NCBI GenBank assembly: GCA_002104945.1
Contig: MCFH01000085.1
Location: 94,736-158,735, forward strand
Direction: 5' to 3'
Length of the DNA stretch: 64,000 nt
From: Piromyces finnis finn
Taxonomy: Eukaryota; Fungi; Neocallimastigomycota
The translations under genes and the position numbers were made by a program. Shown here in pieces: positions 48,317 through 59,300 of this stretch. Below the pieces are notes generated by a model. The model was not told where the DNA came from and did not search any database. It worked only from the letters and a program-made list of their open reading frames with translations. Each line of letters begins with the position of its first letter. Positions within the stretch are counted from its first letter, which is position 1.

Positions 48317-48646
48317 ATGAGAAATAAAAATACCAATTTATTGAAATTTGCCTTTTTTTTTTTTTTTTTCAAAATTTTAAATTAATTTCTCATTTAGTTT
48401 ATGGAATAATAATATAAAATGAAAAAGTTAAGAAAAAAAAAACTATTTATAAAATGAAATTTTTAAAATGAAATAAAAATAAAAATAATAAAAATAATAA
48501 TAACATGAAAGATAAAAATATCAAAATAAGAAATGTAATTATCAATTTAAAGATTTAAAAATAAAAAGAAAATAAAAGTACACTAATTTAAAATACTTTT
48601 TAATAGTTTTTTTTTTTTTTTTTTTATAAGATGATATATACATCAA

Positions 48647-48777
48647 ACATTTATTTTATTTTCTTTTTGTTAAAAAAGAAAAAGTACCTTTAATAATTTG
48701 AATGACATTTGTTTTATTTTCTTTTTATTAAAAAAGAAAAAGTACCTTTAATAATTTGAATGACATTTATTTTATTT
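48647..48777. repeat. 58-bp tandem duplication, about 2.2 copies
   Basis: acattt(a/g)ttttatt units start at 48647, 48705 and 48763; aaaaagtacctttaataatttgaatg occurs twice. Confidence 0.85.
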
Positions 48778-48873
48778 AAATGTTTATGTACAATAAATAT
48801 TATAAACTTTTATTCATTAATATATAAAATATATTTCCATTAAGAAAGATAGTTTATAATGTTGATAACAACG

Positions 48874-48906
<33 letters not shown>

Positions 48907-48964
48907 TAATAATAATAATAATAATAATAATAAAATGAGTATAACATATTAAGAAAATATAATG

Positions 48965-48997
<33 letters not shown>

Positions 48998-50224
48998 TAA
49001 AATAAAATAAAATTAATTTCAACGCAAATATATAAAATTATTATATTTAATATTAAAAGATTTTAAATTGTTAAAAAATAAAGTAATTAATGAATGAATA
49101 ATAAAATATATATATTGTTTATTTGGGTTGTTTATTTGCTGAACAGTAAATCCTCTCTTTCTCAATAACTTTCCAAAAAAAAAAAAAAAAAAAAAAGTAT
49201 AATCTTTTTTTTTTTTTTTTTTTTTTGACATTTTAGATAGTTTGAGGGGAGAAATTAAAAACTAATTCTTATACTATATATCAAATATCAACTATAGTTC
49301 CTCTTCTTATTATTATTATTTAATAACTTTTTTAAAAAGTATAAAATGGTTTTTATAAACCAGAAATAAAATATATTAAAATCATCTTAAAATCTATTAA
49401 TTTTTATTATTATCATAAAAGTACTTTTAAAAAAGAAAAAACACGATATATAATATTTATACTTTAGTTTGGACTCCCTTTTAATTTAAATATGTATCTA
49501 TACATAATGTTTTTTTATATATTTCATGTTTAGCTCTAAAGTATCTTATATCTTATATATCATAATAACAAAGAAAAATAAATTTATATACTATTTTTTT
49601 CAACTTGTTAATGAATAAAAATTATACTACTTTAATTCTTTTGAGATTAACTCTCTAAATAAACTTATCTTTTTGTAATATACTTTATACTACCTTAAAA
49701 CAAACTCGAATATTACTTCTTCTTCTTTTTTTTTTTTTAATATACTAATATTGATAATAAAATAAAAAAAAAAGTGTATCTATTATTCATTCAAATATAA
49801 AATTATTCCATTGAATCATATTTAAATATATATTCTTATTATTAAAATAATGATATCATGATTCCATTGATTTGTATATTTGTACTTTTATTTAATTTAT
49901 TATTATATTTATATTTTAAATAGAGATAATGTTTCTTTTGTTAAATTGAAATTTTTAAAATAATATAAAATTAAAAAAAGATAATAAACTAAATTTATAA
50001 AAGGTAATAATAATAAAATAAAAACTAAAAAAAATCATTTATTTACACTAATGTTAATTGCTAATATTTAAAAAGAACAAAAAAAGTAAGTTTAAAGCAT
50101 ATTATTTTATAATTTCATTATAAATAGTATAAATGTATATCTATAAAAAGCATATGGGTATAAGGAATACATTTTCATTCATTCACAACTTTTTATGAAA
50201 AAAAAAAGGGGGGTTTAATATCAT

Positions 50225-51151
50225 TTAATTATTTTCTTTTCTTATTATGATTGTTGCATTACTTTCCATAATAGAATCTTCATGTATAATTTCACCAACA
50301 CTATCAACAGTAATAGTACCACTCTTTGGATTTTTAATTGAATCAACGTGTCCATTAATTGTGGCTTCAACTTCTGAATATTCAAAAGATAAATCTGTTG
50401 CTTCCATTGTACAATTAATCAATTTTAGATTTTTACAGTAACATAATGGTTGGGTACCAATAATCTTGCAATTAATCAAAGTTAATCCTTCAGAGAACCA
50501 TGCTAAATATTCACCTTTAACTGTAGAATTTTGAACAGTGACATTCTTACTATGCCAGAAAGCATCTTTAGTATCAAGATATGAATTAGTAATGGTTAAA
50601 TTTTCCATATATTGGAATGAATATTTTCCACTAAATTTTAGATTGTTAATTTTAACATTATTTGTTCCAAAAAGCATATAGACAGAATTGATAGTACTAT
50701 TATTAATTTCAATATTGTTACATTTCCATCCAAATTCTTCTGAATTGATTGTAGAATTATTAATGATGGTATTTTGACATTCTCTTAAACATTTTACAGA
50801 TTCAACCCTACAATTATCAATGAAACCATTATTGGCATACCAGATTGGAGCTCTTGTCTTTTCATCTAAATTGGAGTTCATTAAAATATATTTTTGATCA
50901 TGCCATAATGGATATCTTAAAGAAAAATTACAGTTATCAACAACAATATTTCTAGCTTCTTTTAAAACGGATTCCCCATCTTTAGGACCAGCAAAAGTAC
51001 AATTTTTGATAAGTGTATCTTTAGCATTATATAAAGCTCTTTCTTCATCATAGGTTTGATTTTCTACCACTTTTACTGTTTCAATTTGTGGTTGTTTAAC
51101 CTTGAAAATATTTTGTATTTGATAGTCGTCAGTTTGAGCAATATCAATCAT
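50225..51151 (-). CDS. DUF3737 family beta-helix-type protein of bacterial type, intronless
   Basis: Family-like motifs ENQTYDEERALY, FAGPKDGESVLKE, LRYPLWHD, SEEFGWKC, GKYSFQY, LDTKDAFWHSKNVTV, GEYLAWFSE, GTQPLCYC, DLSFEYSEV. The likely start is the ATG at 51151 (MIDIAQ), not the 51211 start given in the ORF track. Confidence 0.88.
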   Translation of the reverse strand: MIDIAQTDDYQIQNIFKVKQPQIETVKVVENQTYDEERALYNAKDTLIKNCTFAGPKDGESVLKEARNIVVDNCNFSLRYPLWHDQKYILMNSNLDEKTRAPIWYANNGFIDNCRVESVKCLRECQNTIINNSTINSEEFGWKCNNIEINNSTINSVYMLFGTNNVKINNLKFSGKYSFQYMENLTITNSYLDTKDAFWHSKNVTVQNSTVKGEYLAWFSEGLTLINCKIIGTQPLCYCKNLKLINCTMEATDLSFEYSEVEATINGHVDSIKNPKSGTITVDSVGEIIHEDSIMESNATIIIRKENN

Positions 51152-52234
51152 TTTTACAATATTTTTTTTATTATAGCTTTTTATTTTATAATGATTATTG
51201 AATATAAACAACTATGTGTTTCTTTTTTTAAATTTTATAGTAAAAACCACTATGTCTTTTTTATTTGTTTATTTATCAAATAAAACAATATTTATTGATA
51301 TATTAAAGTATTTTTTTAAAAAAAAGAAATTTTTTTATCTTTTTATACTTTTTTAATTTTCTCATTTATTAATAAATAGAATTTTTTTTTTTTTTATTTT
51401 TCATATGTTTTTTATATATAGATTATTATTTAATTATAAATTTTAATTTTTATTAAATATTGAATTACTAATTAAAATTTTTTTATTTCATTTTTATTAT
51501 AAATAATTTTTTAAAGGAAGAAAAGGGATTAAAATCCGTTCCATTTTACTAAAGAAAAAGAAATTATCAATTCTCCGAAAAATACATCACAAATGACAAA
51601 AAATTAATACACAATTTAAATAATAATAAAAACATACTTTTTTTTTGGCAAAATCTCAATTTTTTTAGCATAAAAAAAGCCAAGTATTTTTAATTTCTTT
51701 AATTTTATTCTTGTTCTTGTTGTTGGTGTTTTTATTATTAAATATATAAGTATTGGTATTACTAATAACATTAGTTATTATTGTTATTATTATTTACAAT
51801 GTATATAATTTAAAAATGGATTTTACAATTGAAGAATTAAAATTTTAACAATTAAATCTTCTATTTATTAAATGACTTACTAAAAGACATTAAAATAATA
51901 ATAAAACTTTTTTTTTTTAATAAAATACAAATTCCATTCTTTTTTTCTTATTTCGTACTTTTTCTTCTTTTTTCTTCTATTGACTTAGCATTTTCTAAAT
52001 GTTTATTATTAAAAAAGTGGAATTTAAATCCGAAATTCATGATTTACTAATTTAAAATTTAAAATCTGAAATTTACCAATAAAAATTTAAATAATTAGAT
52101 TTTATGTAAAAAAAAAAAAAATAAAAATAAATTAAAATGTTTACTTTCCAATTTAGCCAGTCGTTTATTTTCATTATAAAGAAATAGTGAAAGTAGGACT
52201 TAACATTTTTATTTAATAATCATCTAAAATGCTT

Positions 52235-52265
<31 letters not shown>

Positions 52266-52501
52266 TATTAAATTTAACTATACTATTATATTATTATAAA
52301 TTTTGTTAGAATATGTGAAATTTATGTCACATGTATTCAAATGTATTGAGATGTATTATATTTGATTAGATGTTTAAGCCACAATGTAAATGTATAAATA
52401 CATGTAGTTTGAAAATAATGTAACGATAGTAGTTCTTTATCATAAAAATATATTAATAAAGTTGGCATAATTATAAAATCTAAATTAACCAACTCTTAAT
52501 T

Positions 52502-52811
<310 letters not shown>

Positions 52812-53139
52812 AATTCAATAACTAATATAATATATTTAAATATACTTAGTTAAATAATTCAATTTTTACTTTAATTGCAAATTATAAATATAATGATTAG
52901 AAATTTTAGTATTTAGTAAGAATTATTTATGATTTTTGCATTGTAGCTTATATATTTGATCGATCTATAACAATATGTTATATTTTAAACATTCTAATAA
53001 AATAAAATAATAAAAAATAACAATATAAAAATTTATATATTATATTTATATTTTCAATCTAATAATTCACTTTTAGTTAGTGTTACTATTCTAGGCAACA
53101 AAATTCAATGAACTGATAAATGTCTAAAAATTACTAATT

Positions 53140-53211
53140 AGGGGCGTTCCGGATTTGAACCGAAGACCTATTGATCTGCAGTCAATTGCTCTACCGCTGA
53201 GCTAACACCCC
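53140..53211 (-). tRNA. trnC-GCA: tRNA-Cys (anticodon GCA), intronless
   Basis: GGGGTGTTAGCTCAGCGGTAGAGCAATTGACTGCAGATCAATAGGTCTTCGGTTCAAATCCGGAACGCCCCT. 7-bp acceptor stem, A-box TAGCTCAGCGG, B-box GGTTCAAATCC, discriminator U. Confidence 0.97.
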
Positions 53212-53226
53212 AATTATTAATTTTTG

Positions 53227-53930
53227 TGTTAAGGAACCAACAAATAATGTTATTCTTGTCATAATTAATGATTATGACCTAATCCATTCATTATTGTTCC
53301 TAAATGTATGAAAACTTTACAATATTCTTATTTGTAAATTAATGTATACACTTAAATTATATTTAAAATTATTAATAATTATTTTTATTGAACTTAAATT
53401 TTATTTTATTAAACTTAAAAATTAATTTAGTAATAATAATATATTGAAAATTATAGTTTATTGAACTTTTAGTTTAATTTATCAAGTTAATGAATTTTTA
53501 TTAATTAAAATTATGAATAATATTTCTGTAAAATAGTAAAATTCTTTAGTTAAATATATTTAAAGTAAACTTTTAATGTATGTTAATCAATTTAATAATA
53601 TGTATAAATATTTATTATAATAGTAATGTAATTTTATTATTCATGTAAAAGTAATTTAAATACTAAAATTAATGTAAATAATTAAAGACTAATTCTTTTA
53701 ATTAACACTACTTAATTTTTTACAAAAAGTATAAAAAGGTGTATATTATAAGAATTAGAGAATAGACATATATTTTTATTTTTATTTTATTTTATAATTT
53801 TATATTAATATCTTAATAAAACAATTTTATTAATAAAACAATTTTTCTTATTTCATTTTAATATTATTTTTGAGTATTAATAAATTTATTAATATTTTAT
53901 AAATAAAAGTAAATTCCTCGAACCGTAACA
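53227..53930 (+). repeat. 5' LTR of element 1 (704 bp)
   Basis: Runs TGTTAAGGAACC...CCGTAACA. By manual alignment it differs from the 3' LTR by 4 substitutions and 3 small indels. Confidence 0.96.
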
Positions 53931-53937
53931 TAAAAAT

Positions 53938-53956
53938 TGGTGGAGATATCGGGGAT
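53938..53956 (+). other. Primer-binding site complementary to the 3' end of tRNA-Ala
   Basis: TGGTGGAGATATCGGGGAT versus the reverse complement of a typical eukaryotic tRNA-Ala 3' end, TGGTGGAGATGCCGGGGAT (17/19, from recall). It lies 7 nt after the LTR. Confidence 0.8.
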
Positions 53957-54808
53957 AATATTAATAAAAATTATTAATACATAGGATAAAGTAATATTAA
54001 AATATTACTAAAATATTATATAAATTTCTTAAAAATTTATTACCCTTCAAAGTTATAGGTAATATTTATATTACTGTTGAAGCTTTAAGGTATAATATTT
54101 TAGTAGAACTGAATTAGTACGCTTTAGAAGCAGTACTTATTTAGGAATTAGTGGTTAAGTTTTTAGGTCTAGTTTATCTTTCACAGTAGGATACTGGAAA
54201 GCGCTGAACCTTTCTATTTTGCTAGAGAAATAGAAGTGCCTCGCATAATTGCTACATGACACTGGTAATACGGTAAGCTGGGCAATTGTGAACTACTTAA
54301 GCACCCTAAATAAGTATTGGAAAATTGCTGTGAAATGCTGTTCTACTATACTTATTATTGTAATTCAAATTTTTAATAAATTAAATATTATTTTAGTATT
54401 TATAATTTTTTAAAAAAAAAAAAAAAAAAATATTTTTTTTTTAATTGAACGATTTTTAAAAATTATTCTTTTTAAAATATAAATAAATAATTCGAAAGTG
54501 ACCCTTAGCGTGGCAAGTTAAACTGCTGTACGTAATACTTTGGTGTTCAATTATATCTGATAATTGGGGAAGATAATCAATTATTTTCTTTCCGCTAATT
54601 AAGTTAGTGATAATAAAGAAATTAATTACGTTACTTCCTTTTATTAAATTATATTTAATATTAACCATCGGGTATATTTGTGGCTTATCATCAAAGAGCT
54701 ACGAGGGATTTTCACTTAGAATTACACAACCTATAATACTTGATGGTTTAACATTATATAGGTTGGCCTATATTTTTATAAAAAGAAATAAGTTTTTAAA
54801 TAATAATT

Positions 54809-54848
<40 letters not shown>

Positions 54849-55477
54849 GATATATATATCTATTCTTTTTGTTGATTCTCTTCGAGTAATTTAATATTGC
54901 TAATTGAAATATTCTTTTCTTACTGTTTTAAGTTAAACAAGTTATATCAGCATAGACAAGCCTTATTAACTAATCAACAGAGGTATACTAGGGGTGGTAG
55001 AAAGATCCTGAAGCACGTGACGGAACTTAGATCGTGTGAATAAGGTGACGGCAACATTTACCATTGGACAAAAGACTCTTAGTTAATAGTCTATTATATA
55101 TAATTTGGTCGGTAACTTGAATCAGTAATAACAATATTAAATTAAAATTCTTGCTAGTAAATTGAAAACAAATAATAATTAACTATAAGAAAAACAGAAA
55201 ACAAAAGTAATAATTTCATCTTTTCTGACTGAACTAAGATAGTAAGGAGTGATACTAAAAATTTAAATAAATAATTGGTAGTACGTGCTGTGCTAGATTA
55301 TTTGTATCTCATTCTGTCAAGTGGTCGATAAAGGAATTTCGAGCTTGGTTACAACTAATAAGTGGTCGATAAAGGAATTTCGAACTTATAATTTTTTTTA
55401 GACTATCAAAGGTATTTTTGAGTCTATACTGTGTCATCTTGTACTGCAATTAATTCGGTCAAGGAAAATACAAGAAA

Positions 55478-56359
55478 ATGAGCAATTCTACTACAAGGAT
55501 AGATTTCAAGGAGTTGAAGAAGGAACTCAAGGATATAGAAAAACTTTCCAAAGATAATTTGGACATAAGATCCTGGGCTTCTGAAATAAGTTTATGGATT
55601 GAACTTCAAGATATCACTAGTGCCAAGAAAATTTACATGGCATGTGTGCTTACTTCTAAGGGTGAACCAAGAAAGGTAATCCAAGAGTTGGAAGATAAAG
55701 ACAGTGATAGTGAAGATGAATATGAAAGTGAAAATGAAGAAGAGAATCAGAAAAATGAATCTAATGAAGAAGATTATCCCTCACTTGGGAAAATTATCAA
55801 TGCCCTTGAAACATTTTATGGGTTAAAAGAAGATCAAAGTATGTTATTACGGGAACTAAGAAGACTACGTATAAGAAGAAATGAATCAGTTAAAGATTTC
55901 AATAGAAGATATAGATCTTTATATTTAAAGTTGGATAAGAAAAAGAAGAAGCAGATTAGTGTGTTAGATTATGCAGATTCTTTACAAAATAATAAAGAAG
56001 CATGGAGAAAAGTATCTTTAAAAGATGATATCACCCTAGAAAAGGCCTTTAAGATAGCTGAGAAGGTAGATAGGTTATCTACTAGAATAGATAATGATGG
56101 TAATCTACCAACGACTACTGCAATAACCAAAAGTTATAATAATTTTCAACCATACAAGAGAAAAGTTTCTTTTACTGAAGCCAAAAAGCCTAATAAAGAT
56201 GATGAAATGAATAACCTAGTCAAGAAAATGAAAAATTTAACTATTAAAGCTTGTTTCTTCTGTAGTGAACCTGGTCATTATCAACAAAATTGCCCAAAAC
56301 TTCAAGCTATTATTGAAGGAAACAAGAAGCGTTATTATGATAATCATTTAAATCATTAA
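55478..56359 (+). CDS. gag: Gag of element 1 with C-terminal CCHC zinc knuckle
   Basis: Capsid-like segment LRELRRLRIRRNESVKDFNRRYRSL and knuckle CFFCSEPGHYQQNC. Confidence 0.92.
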   Translation: MSNSTTRIDFKELKKELKDIEKLSKDNLDIRSWASEISLWIELQDITSAKKIYMACVLTSKGEPRKVIQELEDKDSDSEDEYESENEEENQKNESNEEDYPSLGKIINALETFYGLKEDQSMLLRELRRLRIRRNESVKDFNRRYRSLYLKLDKKKKKQISVLDYADSLQNNKEAWRKVSLKDDITLEKAFKIAEKVDRLSTRIDNDGNLPTTTAITKSYNNFQPYKRKVSFTEAKKPNKDDEMNNLVKKMKNLTIKACFFCSEPGHYQQNCPKLQAIIEGNKKRYYDNHLNH

Positions 56360-59300
56360 GTGGGAGAAGAAGCACTCCCATCGTCAATAAAATAGCTTCA
56401 GCTCAGTATCAGTCAATGCCAAGTGAAGAAACAACAAGCCAGAGTGATTGGTCGAAAGAAGAATATGATGAAGAAATCGAAAGTGACTTTGAAGATACTG
56501 ATATTAATGAACAGTTCTTTGTATGTGCTAATAAAAGGAAGTTGGATAAAATAAGCAAAGAACAAGATGGTAATAAAGAAAAACGACTTCACAAAAACTT
56601 GAAAAATGATCCTAGACCTATTCTTACACCTGCTCTTAGGAAACGTAAAGCACAAGAATTAGAAAATATACCAATAGATGTTTCTCCTAAGCAACTGCAT
56701 CCTTCTATTATTGCTCAACCGAATATCAGAGAACAAAAACTAAAAGAAAGAAAACTTCGGGATAAAGAGCGTGCTAGTAGTAGTGAACAAAAGGAAGAAG
56801 AAAAGAATGAATTGGCAAGTTCTAATGAAGATCCTATTATTATCGACTATGATGAAGAAGAAATGTTGTCTGCAATTACAGATAAGAAAGGTGCTAAGGT
56901 GGTAGAGAAAGATAACACAAGTGAATCAACCAAATCTACTTCTAATTCAACTCTAAATAAATTAATGAAAGAGCAAAAGAAAGAAAAACCTGCAGAATCG
57001 AAGGTTAAGAAAACTGCTAGAAATATTCAAATGATAGCAGATACGGAAGAATATAATGTAGTTAAAGATCTTAACGAAACAAAATGCAATATTACTTTTG
57101 GTCAATTACTTAACTCGGCTCCAAAGTTACGAACGCAAGTGTCACAAGGTCTTAAACTGGAAAAGAACAACACAAAAATTGTGGGAGCTCTGGAGAATTT
57201 TAATGCTACTTCGGTATTAGTAAATAATGTAGATCATTTGTATGTAAGCAAAAGTAAAGAAGTATCAGAAGAAGATATCGCTATGGTAGATGCAACGGTT
57301 GATGGGGTACCAGGTAAATTATTAGTTGATTCCTGTAGCAACTTAAGTATTATAACAAAAAAATATTTAGATAAACTTCCCCATCAATATGAATCTATTG
57401 GATTGAGTTGTGGAAGAATACGTTTAGCTACTAAAAATGATGACTATTCGGAAGGTATAATTATTAGAGTACCGGTCCAGATAAATGATCTTACAATCAC
57501 TGCTGATTTTAGAGTGGTGGATAAAGAAGACCCCTTTTATGATATGTTAATTAATTTGAAAACCCAAATGGATAACAACTTAATTATCCACCCACTTCGC
57601 TATAGTCTTTGCAGATTTAATTCAAATGGATTTATTGAAGATATTGCTCCAATTAATAACAAATATGATGATGAAGAAAAGATTATGTGTATGATACGTA
57701 GAGTCGGTGATGAAGATTTTAAAAGTGATTTGAAAAATATTGAAGGTTTACCACCTTCAGAATATATTCACAATAAAAATTTTACTGAGACTCTTAATGA
57801 AAAGTATCGAGAACAAATTGTTCGGATATTGGAAGAGAATATTGAAATTATTGCTACTTCTTCTGAAGAACTAACACCTTCGAATTTAACTCCCCATAAG
57901 ATTAATTTAAAGCCAGGAGCAAAGCCAATTAAACAAAGATCATATAGGTTAGCCAAGTTCAAATCTGATATACTTAAGGAAGAATTGTCTAAATTGATTA
58001 ATAAAAAGCTAATTGAGCCATCGTACTCGGAATGGTCTTCTCCGGTGGTTTTGGTCCCGAAGCATAATGGGAAATGGAGAATGTGCGTGGACTATCGAAG
58101 AGTTAATGATTTGTCTGAAAAGGATGCCTATTCAATTCCTTTTATAGATGAGATATTTGATAGTTTACATGGTGCAACTATATTCACTACTATGGACTTA
58201 TATTCCGGCTATCATCAAATCCTTATGGATGAAGAAAGCGTTGAATTGACAAGTTTTACAACTAAGTTTGGAAATTACCAATTCAAGGTTATGCCTTTTG
58301 GTCTCACTGGAGCACCCGCTACATTTCAGAGGGAGATGAATCGGATTCTGTTTCCGTTAATTGGAAAGTGTGTTTATAACTTCATTGATGATATTCTGAT
58401 CTATTCAAAGAGTATTGAAGAACATATTGAACATATAAATCAAGTTTTAGCAATTTTCCGGGAAAACAAACTAAAAATCAATATTGAAAAATGTCATTTT
58501 ATGCAAACTGAAGTTGACGTGTTAGGCCATCGTTTAACTACAGAAGGTCTTAAACCATTAGATAACAAAATCCAAGCTATAAAAAATTGGAAACCTCCTT
58601 CGAATATCCATGAATTAAGATCATTCCTAGGTTCAATTGGATATTATAGAGATTTTATTCCTAATTATGCTAAACTTACTGCTCCCTTGTGTAAGCTGCT
58701 TAGAAAAGGTGTTCCTTTCAAATGGTGTAATGAACAACAAGAGAGTTTTATTATATTGAAAGAAAAGTTAATTAATGCGCCTATTCTGAAATTCCCTGAT
58801 TTTGAGAAAGAATTTATAATCCGAACAGATGCATCGTATGAAGGAATCGGAGGAGTATTATTACAAAAGGAAGGCACAGATATTGAACATCCAATTCATT
58901 ATATTAGCCGAAGTCTGACGAAAGCAGAAAAAAATTATGGAATTACTGACTTGGAAGGGACTGCCTTATTTTACTGCATTACTAAATTAAAGCCTTATAT
59001 AATGGGAAGTCCATTCAAGACTATCGTCTATACTGATCATAAACCATTAATTGGATTATTTAAAAATAAGGAGCCAAACAATGCAAGACAAACAAGATGG
59101 TGTTTAACAGCTAGTATGCTAGGAGTTGATATTCGTTATGAACAAGGTAAAAAGAATGTTGTAGCAGATGCACTGTCTCGAATGAGAAATGACAAAGATA
59201 AGGAAGTGTTAGCTACTAAAATTAATAAAGGTATAGAAGAAACCATGCTATCTAAGGTAATTAAAGAATTTGTTGAAGAAAAGTTCACCAAAATAGATGG

